In this document: positions 35,520 through 45,502 of the stretch, piece by piece
Position numbering within the stretch: the first letter of the stretch is position 1
Layout: each line of letters opens with the position of its first letter
Assembly (NCBI GenBank): GCA_030167865.1
Contig: JALAGF010002670.1
Coordinates: forward strand, 1 to 63,696
Direction: 5' to 3'
DNA: 63,696 nucleotides
Source of the DNA: Craspedostauros australis
Taxonomy: Eukaryota
Notes under the pieces: generated by a model
Databases searched by the model: none
Seen by the model: the letters and a program-made list of their open reading frames with translations, nothing else
What the model was told of the DNA's origin: nothing
Made by a program: the position numbers and the translations under genes

Positions 35520-37151
35520 ATGGCGGAAGGCGAGGCAGAACCTCGCATTCACCAATCACCGAGCTTCGACCAGGTGGCGTCGAGCGAGCCCAGCGGAGCG
35601 CAGGCGGAGGCCGCTCAATCATTGCTGAAGACGTCCAGCTCGGACTCGGACTTGGCCCAGCTGAGCCCCGGAGAAGCGGATGCGTGGATCTGCTCGCTGT
35701 GCTCCTACAGCAACATCAAGAGGACGCACTGCGCGTTATGCGAGAACCCGAGGGAATCCGTCACCCTCTTCCCCATCCCGCCGGGGTCATCATCGGTCTC
35801 GTCCTCTCTCTCCAGCCATCAGCTCAGCGGCAACCAGCAGCATGCCGTCAATCAGGACAATCCGGTGTCGTTGCTTCGGATGGAGTCGGACTCCTCCCTC
35901 TTTGACCAGTTTCGGTCGACCACGGTATCCATCCAAGGCATCCTGGAAGAGATGACTTCGCTTGATGGATCCAACAAGGGCAGCAGGCCATCCGACGAGA
36001 AGCACGCATCATCTGCAAAGAAAGACAATTCCAAGCAGCCCACCAGCAAATCTGAGATCGGTGCTGGCGGTGGTGCTGGCATCGCCCAGCAAAACACCAA
36101 TGATGGTGGCAATGATGGTGGCAATGCTGCTGACAATGATGCTGACAATGCTGCTGACAATGCTGCTGACAATGATGGTGATGTTCATAACGATGATGAC
36201 GACGACCTCTCTTCGCGAGACCAACGCCGCGAGGAGCGAAGGCAGCAGCGCGAACTCGCCAAGGCATCCGGCCTGGCGCCAGTCCCAACCATCTATGTGC
36301 TGCAACAGGACGAGGAGACCTTGTCGCAGGTCACATCGCACGGCGTTGCGCGTGCGGAGGATGAGGAAAGCCAAGGCAAGGCCATATCCAGTGTCAAGAG
36401 GAGGATAAACTATGATGAGCTCTTTCACAACTTGCAGCAGCAGCAGTTCGAGTCAGAAGACCGGGAGGCAATGATGTTGGCGCAACCGCAGCCGGAAGAA
36501 GCGCAGACTCAGCAACAGCAGGGTCAATCACAGCAGCCACAGCAACAAACGCAGCAGACCCAACAGCCTCAACATCAAATCCAACAACCACAGCAACAGC
36601 AGCAACCGCGAGAGGAACAGCAGAAGCAGCAGCAGAACAGTGAGGAGAAGTTTGATGACGTCGTGCCGATTCAGGACACGCCGTCCAATCCGCTCTCGGC
36701 ACCACGGCCAAGGCATGGCATGGACGCTGCCATGGTCTTCACCGACGAGTCGTCGTCTTCCAACCCTGAAGGTTTTGCGGACGAACACGAGGTCGAAGAC
36801 CAGCTTGTCGGCAACGTGCTCAGTGCGAACATCAGCACAAGCAACAGCAAGATAGATATTGAAAATGGGCTGGGCAACAATGTGCCATCTCCCCCGGCAT
36901 CCAACAACCCCTCAGTCTCAACGGCGGTGGAGGAAGCAAAGCAGAACAACTTCGACGCTATTCCCAACAACACATCATCCACGTCGACCATGCTGATGGT
37001 CGATGGTGGTGGAGTCGTCAACAACAAGATGCGTCGACGTCGGGAACGGTACAGGCAACAGACGAAGCAGGTGCTCATCGCCACTGGTGTGGCTATCGTC
37101 ATCTTCCTCGTTGCGATTGTCGTCATCGCGATCGTTGTCACGCGCTCATGA
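35520..37151 (+). CDS. Gln/Asp-rich disordered protein with RanBP2/NZF-like zinc finger and C-terminal transmembrane anchor, 543 aa
   Basis: WICSLCSYSNIKRTHCALC at 35685-35741; AADND repeats; poly-Q; basic RRRRER followed by VLIATGVAIVIFLVAIVVIAIVVTRS*. Confidence 0.8.
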   Translation: MAEGEAEPRIHQSPSFDQVASSEPSGAQAEAAQSLLKTSSSDSDLAQLSPGEADAWICSLCSYSNIKRTHCALCENPRESVTLFPIPPGSSSVSSSLSSHQLSGNQQHAVNQDNPVSLLRMESDSSLFDQFRSTTVSIQGILEEMTSLDGSNKGSRPSDEKHASSAKKDNSKQPTSKSEIGAGGGAGIAQQNTNDGGNDGGNAADNDADNAADNAADNDGDVHNDDDDDLSSRDQRREERRQQRELAKASGLAPVPTIYVLQQDEETLSQVTSHGVARAEDEESQGKAISSVKRRINYDELFHNLQQQQFESEDREAMMLAQPQPEEAQTQQQQGQSQQPQQQTQQTQQPQHQIQQPQQQQQPREEQQKQQQNSEEKFDDVVPIQDTPSNPLSAPRPRHGMDAAMVFTDESSSSNPEGFADEHEVEDQLVGNVLSANISTSNSKIDIENGLGNNVPSPPASNNPSVSTAVEEAKQNNFDAIPNNTSSTSTMLMVDGGGVVNNKMRRRRERYRQQTKQVLIATGVAIVIFLVAIVVIAIVVTRS

Positions 37152-37537
37152 GAGGTAACCGTCATAGAGTCCCATATGATACGAGTAGAGCATGGTACTC
37201 TGTTCCCCTGCTGCTATATGCTTTGCGAGACAGCTATGTTCCTTGAACACTGTTCACGTCACCGTAGGAAGACTGGAGGCGAAACGGGCGATACCCTTTG
37301 ATGATGCGTGTGTTGCGAAGAGACCTCAATCCAAACTCATCAAATCAGAGTGTGCACCTACGTACGTACTCGTCAGTCGCAAACTAGAATAACCAACTTT
37401 GCATAGAGTAATCTTTGCAGGTACCCTATGTTATCGTGTACCTACGAGTATGTAGTCGTATGACACGCGTCGGAGCTGGCTGTGTTCAGCCACGCATCTT
37501 CCTGGCGCAAGAGTCGAGCGTCTCTCTCTCGCTCGCT

Positions 37538-39394
37538 CTAGTGAGCAGAGCTCCCATTACCTACATTGGGATAGGCTGCTGGGACGCGTTGCAACGATCT
37601 GCACAACGTGTGGTATCTGCTGACGGTCTCGTCGACGTTCGTGTAACATCCTATGAGATGCCGGCATGAGCTATCGTCACCGTCCTCGCCTTCGTTTCGC
37701 AGCATGAATCCACGCCGACCATGGAGCATCCGCTCGTTGTTGAAGATGAGGATGTCACCTTCCTTCAGAGTGTGCTCCCAAGTGTGTTGGCGAGCGTACT
37801 CTCGGTACTGTTGGAGACGCGGGTCGTCATTGGCATCAGCATCATCCCATTCGAGGGATGAATCCAACAGGGTGGCGAAGGCCTTGTAAGCTCGCAAGTA
37901 TCTCTCAATATCGTCGCCTTCTGGGACCTTGACCAGAGGGCCTTCAAACGGCGGTGCCCAGTTGATACCGACAACCTCCGGCGGCTGGCGGCCTCCGTCT
38001 TGTTCCTTGCCAAGCCGCTCGACGGTTTCGATGTGTGGAACGAACCTGGTCATCTCGGCGCCGCCGCGCTGCTTGATGAACGTCGCCCGGTATGTCGACA
38101 ACGTCTCGAAAGCGTCTGGATCAGCAGTGGCCAAGTACTGTGCTGCAGCCATGATATCCACCAGGATGGACTGCCCGCCTTCCACGCCACGATTGCGGAC
38201 GGCATGCAGCGCCTGCAGGAACGGCTTGGATTCGTAGTACACCAAATCCTGATGCGGTGGCAGGGGATGGTCGGTGCTGGCGATGTTGTTGGCGTTGGCG
38301 ACCGCCTCGACATGGAAGAGGTCACCGTACAGCGAACCATGCGACAGCTTGTGGCCCTCCGTCAGCGCCCTTCCCACTTGGCCGACTGTGTGTGGCACGG
38401 AGGATGACGCTGTGCCCCTGTATCCCTCGGGGGCGCCGTGCAGCAGCACAGCCCCGTCGCGGAGGATCGCTTCCAGCACTTGCACCACCATTTCGTCGCG
38501 GAACTTGTCCCCGCCATCTGCACCCTTGCAGGTTGGATCGATGAGTTGCTCATAATCCCACTCGCAGAATGTTCCTTGGCGATGACCGTCGGCTGTTGTC
38601 TCAGCTATCGCGCTTGTTCGTAGAGTATCGATAGCTCCTGCGACCACATTGGATGAAGTCGCGTTACTGATGCTGCTGGGATCATGCTGAAACTGATTCA
38701 GCCAGTCCAGGTGGTAGAACGACTCCGATGTACTCTTCTCCTCGCTATCATACCATCGGACCATCAACACCAAGGATGGTGGAATTGCCGAGGAGTGGTC
38801 GGAGGATCCGTTCAGGTCCTTTTCTGTTGGTGTCGAATACACTCCACCGATTGGATGCAGACTGCCCTTCGGGGGCTTTGTGGGGATGGCATCTCGGTAT
38901 GTGATGAAGGTCTCGTCAGATTCGCAAAACACTTCAGCAGTTTGGATGCTCCACCGATGTGCGGAATAGCCCGCCAAAGTTCTGGTTCGCTGCCCCGAAG
39001 TGGGAAGGATGGAACTTGGATCATTCACCCACAGCCATGCTGCGTGGAACGTTGCCAGACCATGGCCGTTGCCCTGACGTTGCACATTGTTGGGGTCGTC
39101 GCTTCTGAAGGCGATACTCACCGCCTGCTTGTCATATGCAGCCAGGCTTGGCTCATCGACTGTGTCAGTACGTGCGGCCTGTGTGGTGAAGGGGGCGCTC
39201 TGTGTCCTCTTCTGCGCATCAAGTTTGCAGCGCGGTGCAAAAGGCGAACCATGAGCAGCGCTCGACGCCCAACAAGCAGTCCCGACACTGTGCGTCTTGA
39301 TCCATCGGCTGGGCACCAGGCGGCCAGTGGCATAACGCTGTGAGCGGCTGAGCGTGCCAACTGCACGTAGCGTGGTTGTGCTTGCCTTCATCAT
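37538..39394 (-). CDS. TauD/TfdA-family Fe(II)/2-oxoglutarate dioxygenase (gamma-butyrobetaine/trimethyllysine hydroxylase-like), probably mitochondrial, ~618 aa
   Basis: NIASTDHPLPPHQDLVYYESKP (HxD), GGQSILVD, and LKEGDILIFNNERMLHGRRGF...RHLIGCY. The first ATG (39394) opens an Arg/Ser/Thr-rich presequence; the ORF-track start at 39529 is TTG. Confidence 0.88.
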   Translation of the reverse strand: MMKASTTTLRAVGTLSRSQRYATGRLVPSRWIKTHSVGTACWASSAAHGSPFAPRCKLDAQKRTQSAPFTTQAARTDTVDEPSLAAYDKQAVSIAFRSDDPNNVQRQGNGHGLATFHAAWLWVNDPSSILPTSGQRTRTLAGYSAHRWSIQTAEVFCESDETFITYRDAIPTKPPKGSLHPIGGVYSTPTEKDLNGSSDHSSAIPPSLVLMVRWYDSEEKSTSESFYHLDWLNQFQHDPSSISNATSSNVVAGAIDTLRTSAIAETTADGHRQGTFCEWDYEQLIDPTCKGADGGDKFRDEMVVQVLEAILRDGAVLLHGAPEGYRGTASSSVPHTVGQVGRALTEGHKLSHGSLYGDLFHVEAVANANNIASTDHPLPPHQDLVYYESKPFLQALHAVRNRGVEGGQSILVDIMAAAQYLATADPDAFETLSTYRATFIKQRGGAEMTRFVPHIETVERLGKEQDGGRQPPEVVGINWAPPFEGPLVKVPEGDDIERYLRAYKAFATLLDSSLEWDDADANDDPRLQQYREYARQHTWEHTLKEGDILIFNNERMLHGRRGFMLRNEGEDGDDSSCRHLIGCYTNVDETVSRYHTLCRSLQRVPAAYPNVGNGSSAH

Positions 39395-39942
39395 CGTCGC
39401 GACCACAGAACCTTCAGACCGAGACAATCGGACTTGTACACTCGAACGAACCGAAAATGGCCTCACGTTACGTAACACTCGTCGTACTTGTAGCAGCGTT
39501 TGGATCGCAGTGCTCCAGAACGATGCCAATACCCAATTGTCAGGGTTGCTTCAGTTGTTGCTTACGCTTGGGGTGTTTTTATGGTGGTTTTATGGTGTTT
39601 CCGCCTGGTTCGTCGTTCGTTCCGGTGTCAACAGGATGCCCCGCAGTCGTTGTCGTTGTTGCGTACACGGGGGACGCTTTTATGGTGGTTGCTGCCCTGG
39701 TTCGTCGTTCGTTTCAGTGGCAAGATACCCTGTTGTTGTTGTTGCAGTCATTGTGCCACTGATGGCTCAGTTGTCAGCGTTCGGTTCTCCCCAATGCAAA
39801 CAGGATCTTGAGAAGCCATTCGGAAGATTTTGAGTGTGCTCTAGATTAGTCTATTTTAACACGACTCGTCGCCCACAAAACTATGCAACTCGTGTTATCG
39901 TCAAGCATTTTTTGCGGCATGGAGGATCGCACGCGTCAAATC

Positions 39943-41142
39943 TTACACTGGCGTCTTTGGCTGCACGATGATGTATCCTCGATGCTTGACCTCGCACCCA
40001 AGCACTTCTCGCAGGTACTCGATTTGGTTGTAATCCCACGTGACGGGGAACTCGGGATATGTGAAGCGACCGCAATTGTCCACCGTGTTCAACGCTTGCA
40101 CCAACTGCGGGGTGGATATCCAAGCGGGCGGGTACTTGTACTTGGCGACGTCGAGGATGAGGAAGGCGTCGCGCTCGGCGTTGTAGGCGGCGATGGGGGA
40201 GAAATGGCCGCCGCCGGGACGTATCTGCTGCAACGGGCCGTGATCGAAGTTGACCATGACGCGCTTGGTGGGAGAGTGCAACGCATCGAGGAAGGCTTGG
40301 CGGATATGTGCCACGGAGGACGTCGAATCCACATGATGAGCCGTCGCAGTGTAACCCGAGGGCTCCAAGTTGCATCGCAAGAGCGTTTCGGCCATTTCCA
40401 GACCCAACCCGAATGGCAGATGTGGCAAGTGTTCGTGAACTGGATCCTCCACGTCGTCCCAGGCGTAGCGAAGCTTGGAGACGGCGCACGGATTGAGCAT
40501 GAGGCCGAACTGCGTGGCCCAGTGGAACGGAGCGTAGATCGGGGCGACCGGCAGCGAGATATGCCCCTCCAAGGAATTCATGATGGCTGCGCTTGCTGCG
40601 ACGGCGCAGAAGGCCTGGGTGACCTGAGCCTCCCACCCTCGTTGGTAATGATAAAAGTGACTGTTGGTGGACAGGGTGAACGGACCTGCATTGCTTGCGG
40701 CCAAGAGGTCGAATGCTTGCGTGTTGTTGAAGTAGAGCGGTGGAGGCACTCCAGCCGGCTGCCCCTGCTCGAGCAGGTTCGACGATGCACCAGCAGAAGG
40801 TGCAGACAGACGAGTCCGCGGTTGCTGCACGGCGGTATTGGCGAGCGCGATCTCCCACTTGGCGATGGAAGCATCCCAGTACTCGCGATCTTGCACAGAA
40901 CCAGCTTCGTGGCCGTTGCTGCTGGCGAGCTTGGGATGAACGGCGTGGAACAGCTGAAGGCCCGTGTTCACGATGCAAACCGCAGACAGGCACAGCAGAC
41001 CAAAGGCGAGCCCTGCATGCTTGCGTCTCGTTGGTAGCAACATCGACATCATGGCCGTTGCCTCGCTCATCGGTTCTCCACGGCTGGCACTGCTTTGTGT
41101 CTTTGGTAGAAGGCTCGTTGTCTCCGTTCCATACCCGTGCAT
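39943..41142 (-). CDS. PCS: Phytochelatin synthase-like protein (catalytic domain only) with N-terminal membrane anchor, 399 aa
   Basis: Q..QAFCAVAASAAIMNSL (catalytic Cys), GGHFSPIAAY (His), FLILDVAKYKYPPAW (Asp) and RGYIIV. Confidence 0.88.
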   Translation of the reverse strand: MHGYGTETTSLLPKTQSSASRGEPMSEATAMMSMLLPTRRKHAGLAFGLLCLSAVCIVNTGLQLFHAVHPKLASSNGHEAGSVQDREYWDASIAKWEIALANTAVQQPRTRLSAPSAGASSNLLEQGQPAGVPPPLYFNNTQAFDLLAASNAGPFTLSTNSHFYHYQRGWEAQVTQAFCAVAASAAIMNSLEGHISLPVAPIYAPFHWATQFGLMLNPCAVSKLRYAWDDVEDPVHEHLPHLPFGLGLEMAETLLRCNLEPSGYTATAHHVDSTSSVAHIRQAFLDALHSPTKRVMVNFDHGPLQQIRPGGGHFSPIAAYNAERDAFLILDVAKYKYPPAWISTPQLVQALNTVDNCGRFTYPEFPVTWDYNQIEYLREVLGCEVKHRGYIIVQPKTPV

Positions 41143-41796
41143 GTTAGTGATGTTTCTGCTACTGCCGGTTCAATTTATGTGTCTTCCGAGTTGTACGAGC
41201 TACTCAAGAGCATGCCGCTGATGTTGATGATGCCAATGGGTGGCGCAGTCCTTCACTTCCGCGGCGAATGGGAACAACCAGCACCTCATCACAAACCATG
41301 CGCGCTGAGGGAGGCTCTGGCTGCTCCGGATGTCTCCGCCATGACTGCCGTTGGCATTTCCCACCACCGTTCTGTGCCAGAATCTCGTGTTTGACATTCG
41401 GTGGGGGAGGAGGGCACTTCACGGAACGCAAAAGAACTTCGAACATGCGCAACGAAACATCTTGATCACTATAGCGTGTCCGTCCTTCGTCGGGTCAACA
41501 ATGGAGCTGACACCAAAGATCGCGTTCCACCTCGACATCGGAATCACATCACCCACAACAACTTCGCATCAATGGATGACGAGTGACCGCCTTGTGAGAA
41601 AGATGTGGCTCGTACAGGAACGGTTCATGGAGGCATCAAAGATGGATGCGTCATCATCGTCAACGAGCTATTAGTAGAGTAATAGGTTGTAGGGAGAGAC
41701 AGAGCAGTACAACTGACAACGTCAAACGTGCGAGTAGAAGCATTGAAAGGGCGGGTGCATATCCGTGCAGTGTGTGGCACAAGTGCTTGTAGAACG

Positions 41797-42921
41797 ATGA
41801 AGGTGCCTCCGTTCCATGCGATCAGTTGCCTCGCCATCCTCGTCCTGGATCTGTGGACGGCAACAGCGTTCGTGGTGGATTCGTTCGAGCCGACGGCAAT
41901 CTCGCACCGAACAGCTGCCAGCCACGCCTCTCCATTGATCGCACTCGGGCGTCACCATCTGACAACCACCTCGGCCCTGCACGCACAGCAGACGACCAAC
42001 GCCGTCGGCCCTCGTATGGTCATCAACGAGGACTTTCCTGGTCTCAAGCGAGTGCACTCTAATCCGGATGTCTTCGTCATCGAGGATTTCCTCGACGATG
42101 CATCCTGCGACGACATCATCGACCGCGCCAAGGGCAAATCCCTGCAACGTTCTCCCGTGGCCTACGCGGGTTGGACACAGGACTTCAAGGATCTCGTGGA
42201 ATTGGCAGGCCAGGGTCCCGTCGCTTGGTTGGCGTTGCTGTCCGCGTGGTGGCAAGTCAAGGATACTCCCGATGTATCCAACGCGGCCTTGGTCGCTCAT
42301 GCCATGCAGAACTACGTGGCCTTGTTCCTCCTGACGGCCTGCGGAATCGCAGCATTCACCATATCGCGCCTCGATGGATTGCAAGAACTGCGCACGAGCA
42401 CCTCCACGACATTGGATGATCTCAACGATGACAACAGCGGGACGACCGTCTTTGTGAAGCAATCAACGAAGCTCTTCTGCAACGACGACGATTTGTATCG
42501 ATTGGAGGCCTCCATGTTCGAGGCGCCCACGGTCATCCGTTACGAGCCAGGCCAGAGTCTGGCGCCACATTTCGATGCAAATCGGTCGGCGGAGACGGAG
42601 GATGTCAACCGCGGTGGACAGACGCTGGCGACCTTGCTGGTGTACTTGAATGATGTCAGCGAAGGTGGCTTGACGCGATTTGGGAAGCTGCAGGCTGTTC
42701 CGGGCGTGTCGGATCCTGGCGAGACCATGCTCACGGTGCGACCGAAGCGCGGAGATGCCTTGCTCTTCTTTCCTGCCGATGCACGCGGCCAGTTCGATGA
42801 GCGGACGGAGCACGAGGGCTGTCCGGCTGTCGACGAGAAGTGGATCGCGCGGATCTGGCGTCACAAAGCGAGGGTGCCACCACCGTTCGGACTCAACGAT
42901 GATGCTCTGGCCAAGATATAA
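41797..42921 (+). CDS. Prolyl 4-hydroxylase-like 2OG-Fe(II) oxygenase with bipartite (plastid-type) presequence, 374 aa
   Basis: PDVFVIEDFL, VIRYEPGQ..PHFD, TLLVYLNDVSEGGLTRF, PKRGDALLF and HEGCPAVDEKWIARIW; signal peptide ending ATA-F. Confidence 0.88.
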   Translation: MKVPPFHAISCLAILVLDLWTATAFVVDSFEPTAISHRTAASHASPLIALGRHHLTTTSALHAQQTTNAVGPRMVINEDFPGLKRVHSNPDVFVIEDFLDDASCDDIIDRAKGKSLQRSPVAYAGWTQDFKDLVELAGQGPVAWLALLSAWWQVKDTPDVSNAALVAHAMQNYVALFLLTACGIAAFTISRLDGLQELRTSTSTTLDDLNDDNSGTTVFVKQSTKLFCNDDDLYRLEASMFEAPTVIRYEPGQSLAPHFDANRSAETEDVNRGGQTLATLLVYLNDVSEGGLTRFGKLQAVPGVSDPGETMLTVRPKRGDALLFFPADARGQFDERTEHEGCPAVDEKWIARIWRHKARVPPPFGLNDDALAKI

Positions 42922-43000
42922 CATTGAATTCGAACAGTGTGGTCTGGTATGCTATGGTATGCTGCTAGAAGGGTGGGTTGATAGACTCTAGAAATACTCT

Positions 43001-43026
<26 letters not shown>
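43001..43026 (+). repeat. (AG)13 microsatellite
   Basis: Perfect dinucleotide run between the convergent P4H and DNAJC11 3' ends. Confidence 0.9.
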
Positions 43027-43031
<5 letters not shown>

Positions 43032-43207
43032 TGGACTCCGAATGGATTCGGCTGGCTGTGACTGTCTCCGGCGTCAACTATCAGTAGATTCATACTATGC
43101 GCAACGGCACCCAGCATCGTCATCGTCTTAGCGGGACTCGCGGTTTCTATCGTCGACACAGCTACATACTCTACTCTACTCCACTCCGTTAGTAGAAAGT
43201 CAATTTC

Positions 43208-45502
43208 CTAAATCACATAACTCGATGATCCAAGGACCTTGGCCTTCTCGCTCGGCAACGACACCACCTCCGTCTCCGTGAATGAGACTTCGTGGATGGA
43301 ATCGCCGTGTCTGTATCGAATGGTAAGCGTGGGGTTTGCATGTATGTCTCCGGTTGTTTGTTGATGCGATTCAGAAGCGGCGACGTCCTTCACCTGCTTC
43401 TCCGTTTGCATCCAAAGCCGCTTCCAAGAGAACTTCGTCCGCGCCGCATCCTCTTCGTGATACAAATCGTAGAACCCCATCCAATGGCGTTTGGGGACAT
43501 CCGGCATGCGCAGCTTGTGTTGGACAACCCAGAATTGCAGCTGCGTCGTTGCATCCATCGACAGTGACGATGATGAGGGTGATGACGATGCGCCTACCTG
43601 ATAGGTTGCCTGCAAAATGATCAATCCGTTCTTGGATTGCTGCTCCAGATGCTTCTTCTTTTCGGCAACTGGCAGCATTAGCTTCAACTCTCGTTCTGCC
43701 TCTGCCTTCGTCTTGCCACGACCGCTGAGGTCGTCTGCCAGATTACTGTCAGAGCGAGCATTATGTTTGCGTATTTCGGTTGAATTCTGCTTATCGCTTT
43801 TGTCGTCAGTGCCATCGCCGCTGGCATCCTCATCCTCGTGCAATATGTCCGCAATCATGGCCTGGAAGAGCATGTAATAGACCCCGAGATATATCTTTTG
43901 AATGTAGTACGTCATGGGATCCAGCACGGACCCGATTTGCAAGACGGGGATGGGAATGCGGAAACTGGATCCGGCATGCGTCCACTCCCATATCCACGTC
44001 CAAACCCCCAGGGAGATGTCGTGCTCCAAGCCAAATCCCAGCGTCGGTGAGTTTGCCATTGATTTGAATTCGTGGATGATCTGGCCTTCCAATTTGGGGT
44101 ACTCGCTAAGGATGGTGGAGAGCTCCACTCTTTTGGGCAGCGTGATGTACTCCTCGATCCACGACGGTTTCGAGAGGTTGTTGAGCCAATTGTAGGTGAG
44201 GGTGATGTTGTTGCCTTGCAGCATGCCCACCTGGAGCTTCGCGGAGGCGCGGTGATTGGAGGTGGCGCCGGGTGACGACGCTGCCCACTTGGCCTGCCAC
44301 TGCAGGATCTGCCCATTGCCACCGACCGTGACGCCGCCCGAGGCCAGTCCGATGTCATTGATGTGCCTGTCTGTTTTGAAGTTCATCATGACCGGCGTTT
44401 CCAGAGGTGATTTGGAGAGGAGCGTGAGGAAGTAGCGGAATGCAGATTGGTTGGAGAAGGTTCGTGCCGAGCCAATGACGATTTGATGGGACCTCTCGTT
44501 CGATAGGTTGGCCGTTGCGTAGATTTGCGAGTTGGGTACCGGCTGGTAGAAGACGGTGCAGAATGCCGATGCGGGATGAACCTGCTTCTTAGGTGCTTCC
44601 TTGCCTGCCATCTTGGCCAGCACGGCGACGTCGGGATAGACCACGTTGGCCGTGCCGCCCATGCTCATGCTCCACTGAGTTGGCTTGCGAGCTATGGTGC
44701 CGTCCGGGTTGGCAACGGTCCGTGGTGGCGGCGTGCAGGACAACGTGACGCCCATCTCAGCCTTTTGCAGCTCGCGTATCCTCTTGACCTGGTAATCTAC
44801 AATCGCCTGCTCTTGCTGGATCTTCGCGACGACGTACTGCTTCTCTTCCGGCGACAGGCCGGGATGGATCGCGCCCTTGGCGTTCTGCGTGATGACGTTG
44901 AGGTAATCTCTGGCGTGCACAAAGATGTCCTGCAGATCGACCACGGGCGGGAAGTTCATGTTGACAGCAAGCTGGATGTCGCTCTGGTCGGCCAATCCCT
45001 GCTGGTAGTTGTACTGCTTCATGAATCTGTCCAGCTCTTGCCGGGCCTGCGATGGGCTGGCGACAATGGAGCGTTCCAACCGCTCGTACAGACTCTCCCG
45101 TGCCTGGCCATCGTCATCGTCATCATCGTCGTCTCCATCCCCATGATCGCCGGAGGAGGAACCACCGCCACCACCATCCCTGTCGGGAGATCCCGCCGTC
45201 TGCCTTGTCCTCTGCTCGTTCGTCTGCTGCTGTATTCGCTTGAGAAGCACCACGCAATCCATTCCATGAACATCGTATGCCAGCCTCAGCACGGGGTCCA
45301 GCAGCACATCGTGGGCCAACTGCAGGCTGAGGAAGGTCTCCTGCATGTCATTAGACCTATCGCGATGCTGTGCAGGCAGCTTGTCCGTGTGGAAATGGAG
45401 GCTGAGCCTCCTGTAGGCCTTCTTGATCTGCTCTGCCGACGCATCTTTGTCGACGTTCAGCAGCGCGTACAGATCCTGCGTCTGAGTCGGCGTCTTTGCC
45501 AT
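43208..45502 (-). CDS. DNAJC11: DNAJC11-like protein (N-terminal J-domain, C-terminal DUF3395-like region), 764 aa
   Basis: DLYALLNV..ASAEQIKKAYRRLSLHFHTDK...AHDVLLDP..R.AYD; C-terminal FRIPI, GLIILQATY, DATTQLQFWV, MGFYD and LTIRYRH resemble the DNAJC11 C-terminus. Confidence 0.8.
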   Translation of the reverse strand: MAKTPTQTQDLYALLNVDKDASAEQIKKAYRRLSLHFHTDKLPAQHRDRSNDMQETFLSLQLAHDVLLDPVLRLAYDVHGMDCVVLLKRIQQQTNEQRTRQTAGSPDRDGGGGGSSSGDHGDGDDDDDDDDGQARESLYERLERSIVASPSQARQELDRFMKQYNYQQGLADQSDIQLAVNMNFPPVVDLQDIFVHARDYLNVITQNAKGAIHPGLSPEEKQYVVAKIQQEQAIVDYQVKRIRELQKAEMGVTLSCTPPPRTVANPDGTIARKPTQWSMSMGGTANVVYPDVAVLAKMAGKEAPKKQVHPASAFCTVFYQPVPNSQIYATANLSNERSHQIVIGSARTFSNQSAFRYFLTLLSKSPLETPVMMNFKTDRHINDIGLASGGVTVGGNGQILQWQAKWAASSPGATSNHRASAKLQVGMLQGNNITLTYNWLNNLSKPSWIEEYITLPKRVELSTILSEYPKLEGQIIHEFKSMANSPTLGFGLEHDISLGVWTWIWEWTHAGSSFRIPIPVLQIGSVLDPMTYYIQKIYLGVYYMLFQAMIADILHEDEDASGDGTDDKSDKQNSTEIRKHNARSDSNLADDLSGRGKTKAEAERELKLMLPVAEKKKHLEQQSKNGLIILQATYQVGASSSPSSSSLSMDATTQLQFWVVQHKLRMPDVPKRHWMGFYDLYHEEDAARTKFSWKRLWMQTEKQVKDVAASESHQQTTGDIHANPTLTIRYRHGDSIHEVSFTETEVVSLPSEKAKVLGSSSYVI

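Noticed and set aside
41797-42921. P4H as the enzyme hydroxylating the Pro-rich frustulin linkers
   Set aside because: Its ATA-F presequence points to the plastid rather than ER/Golgi, and it is separated from the cluster by unrelated genes.
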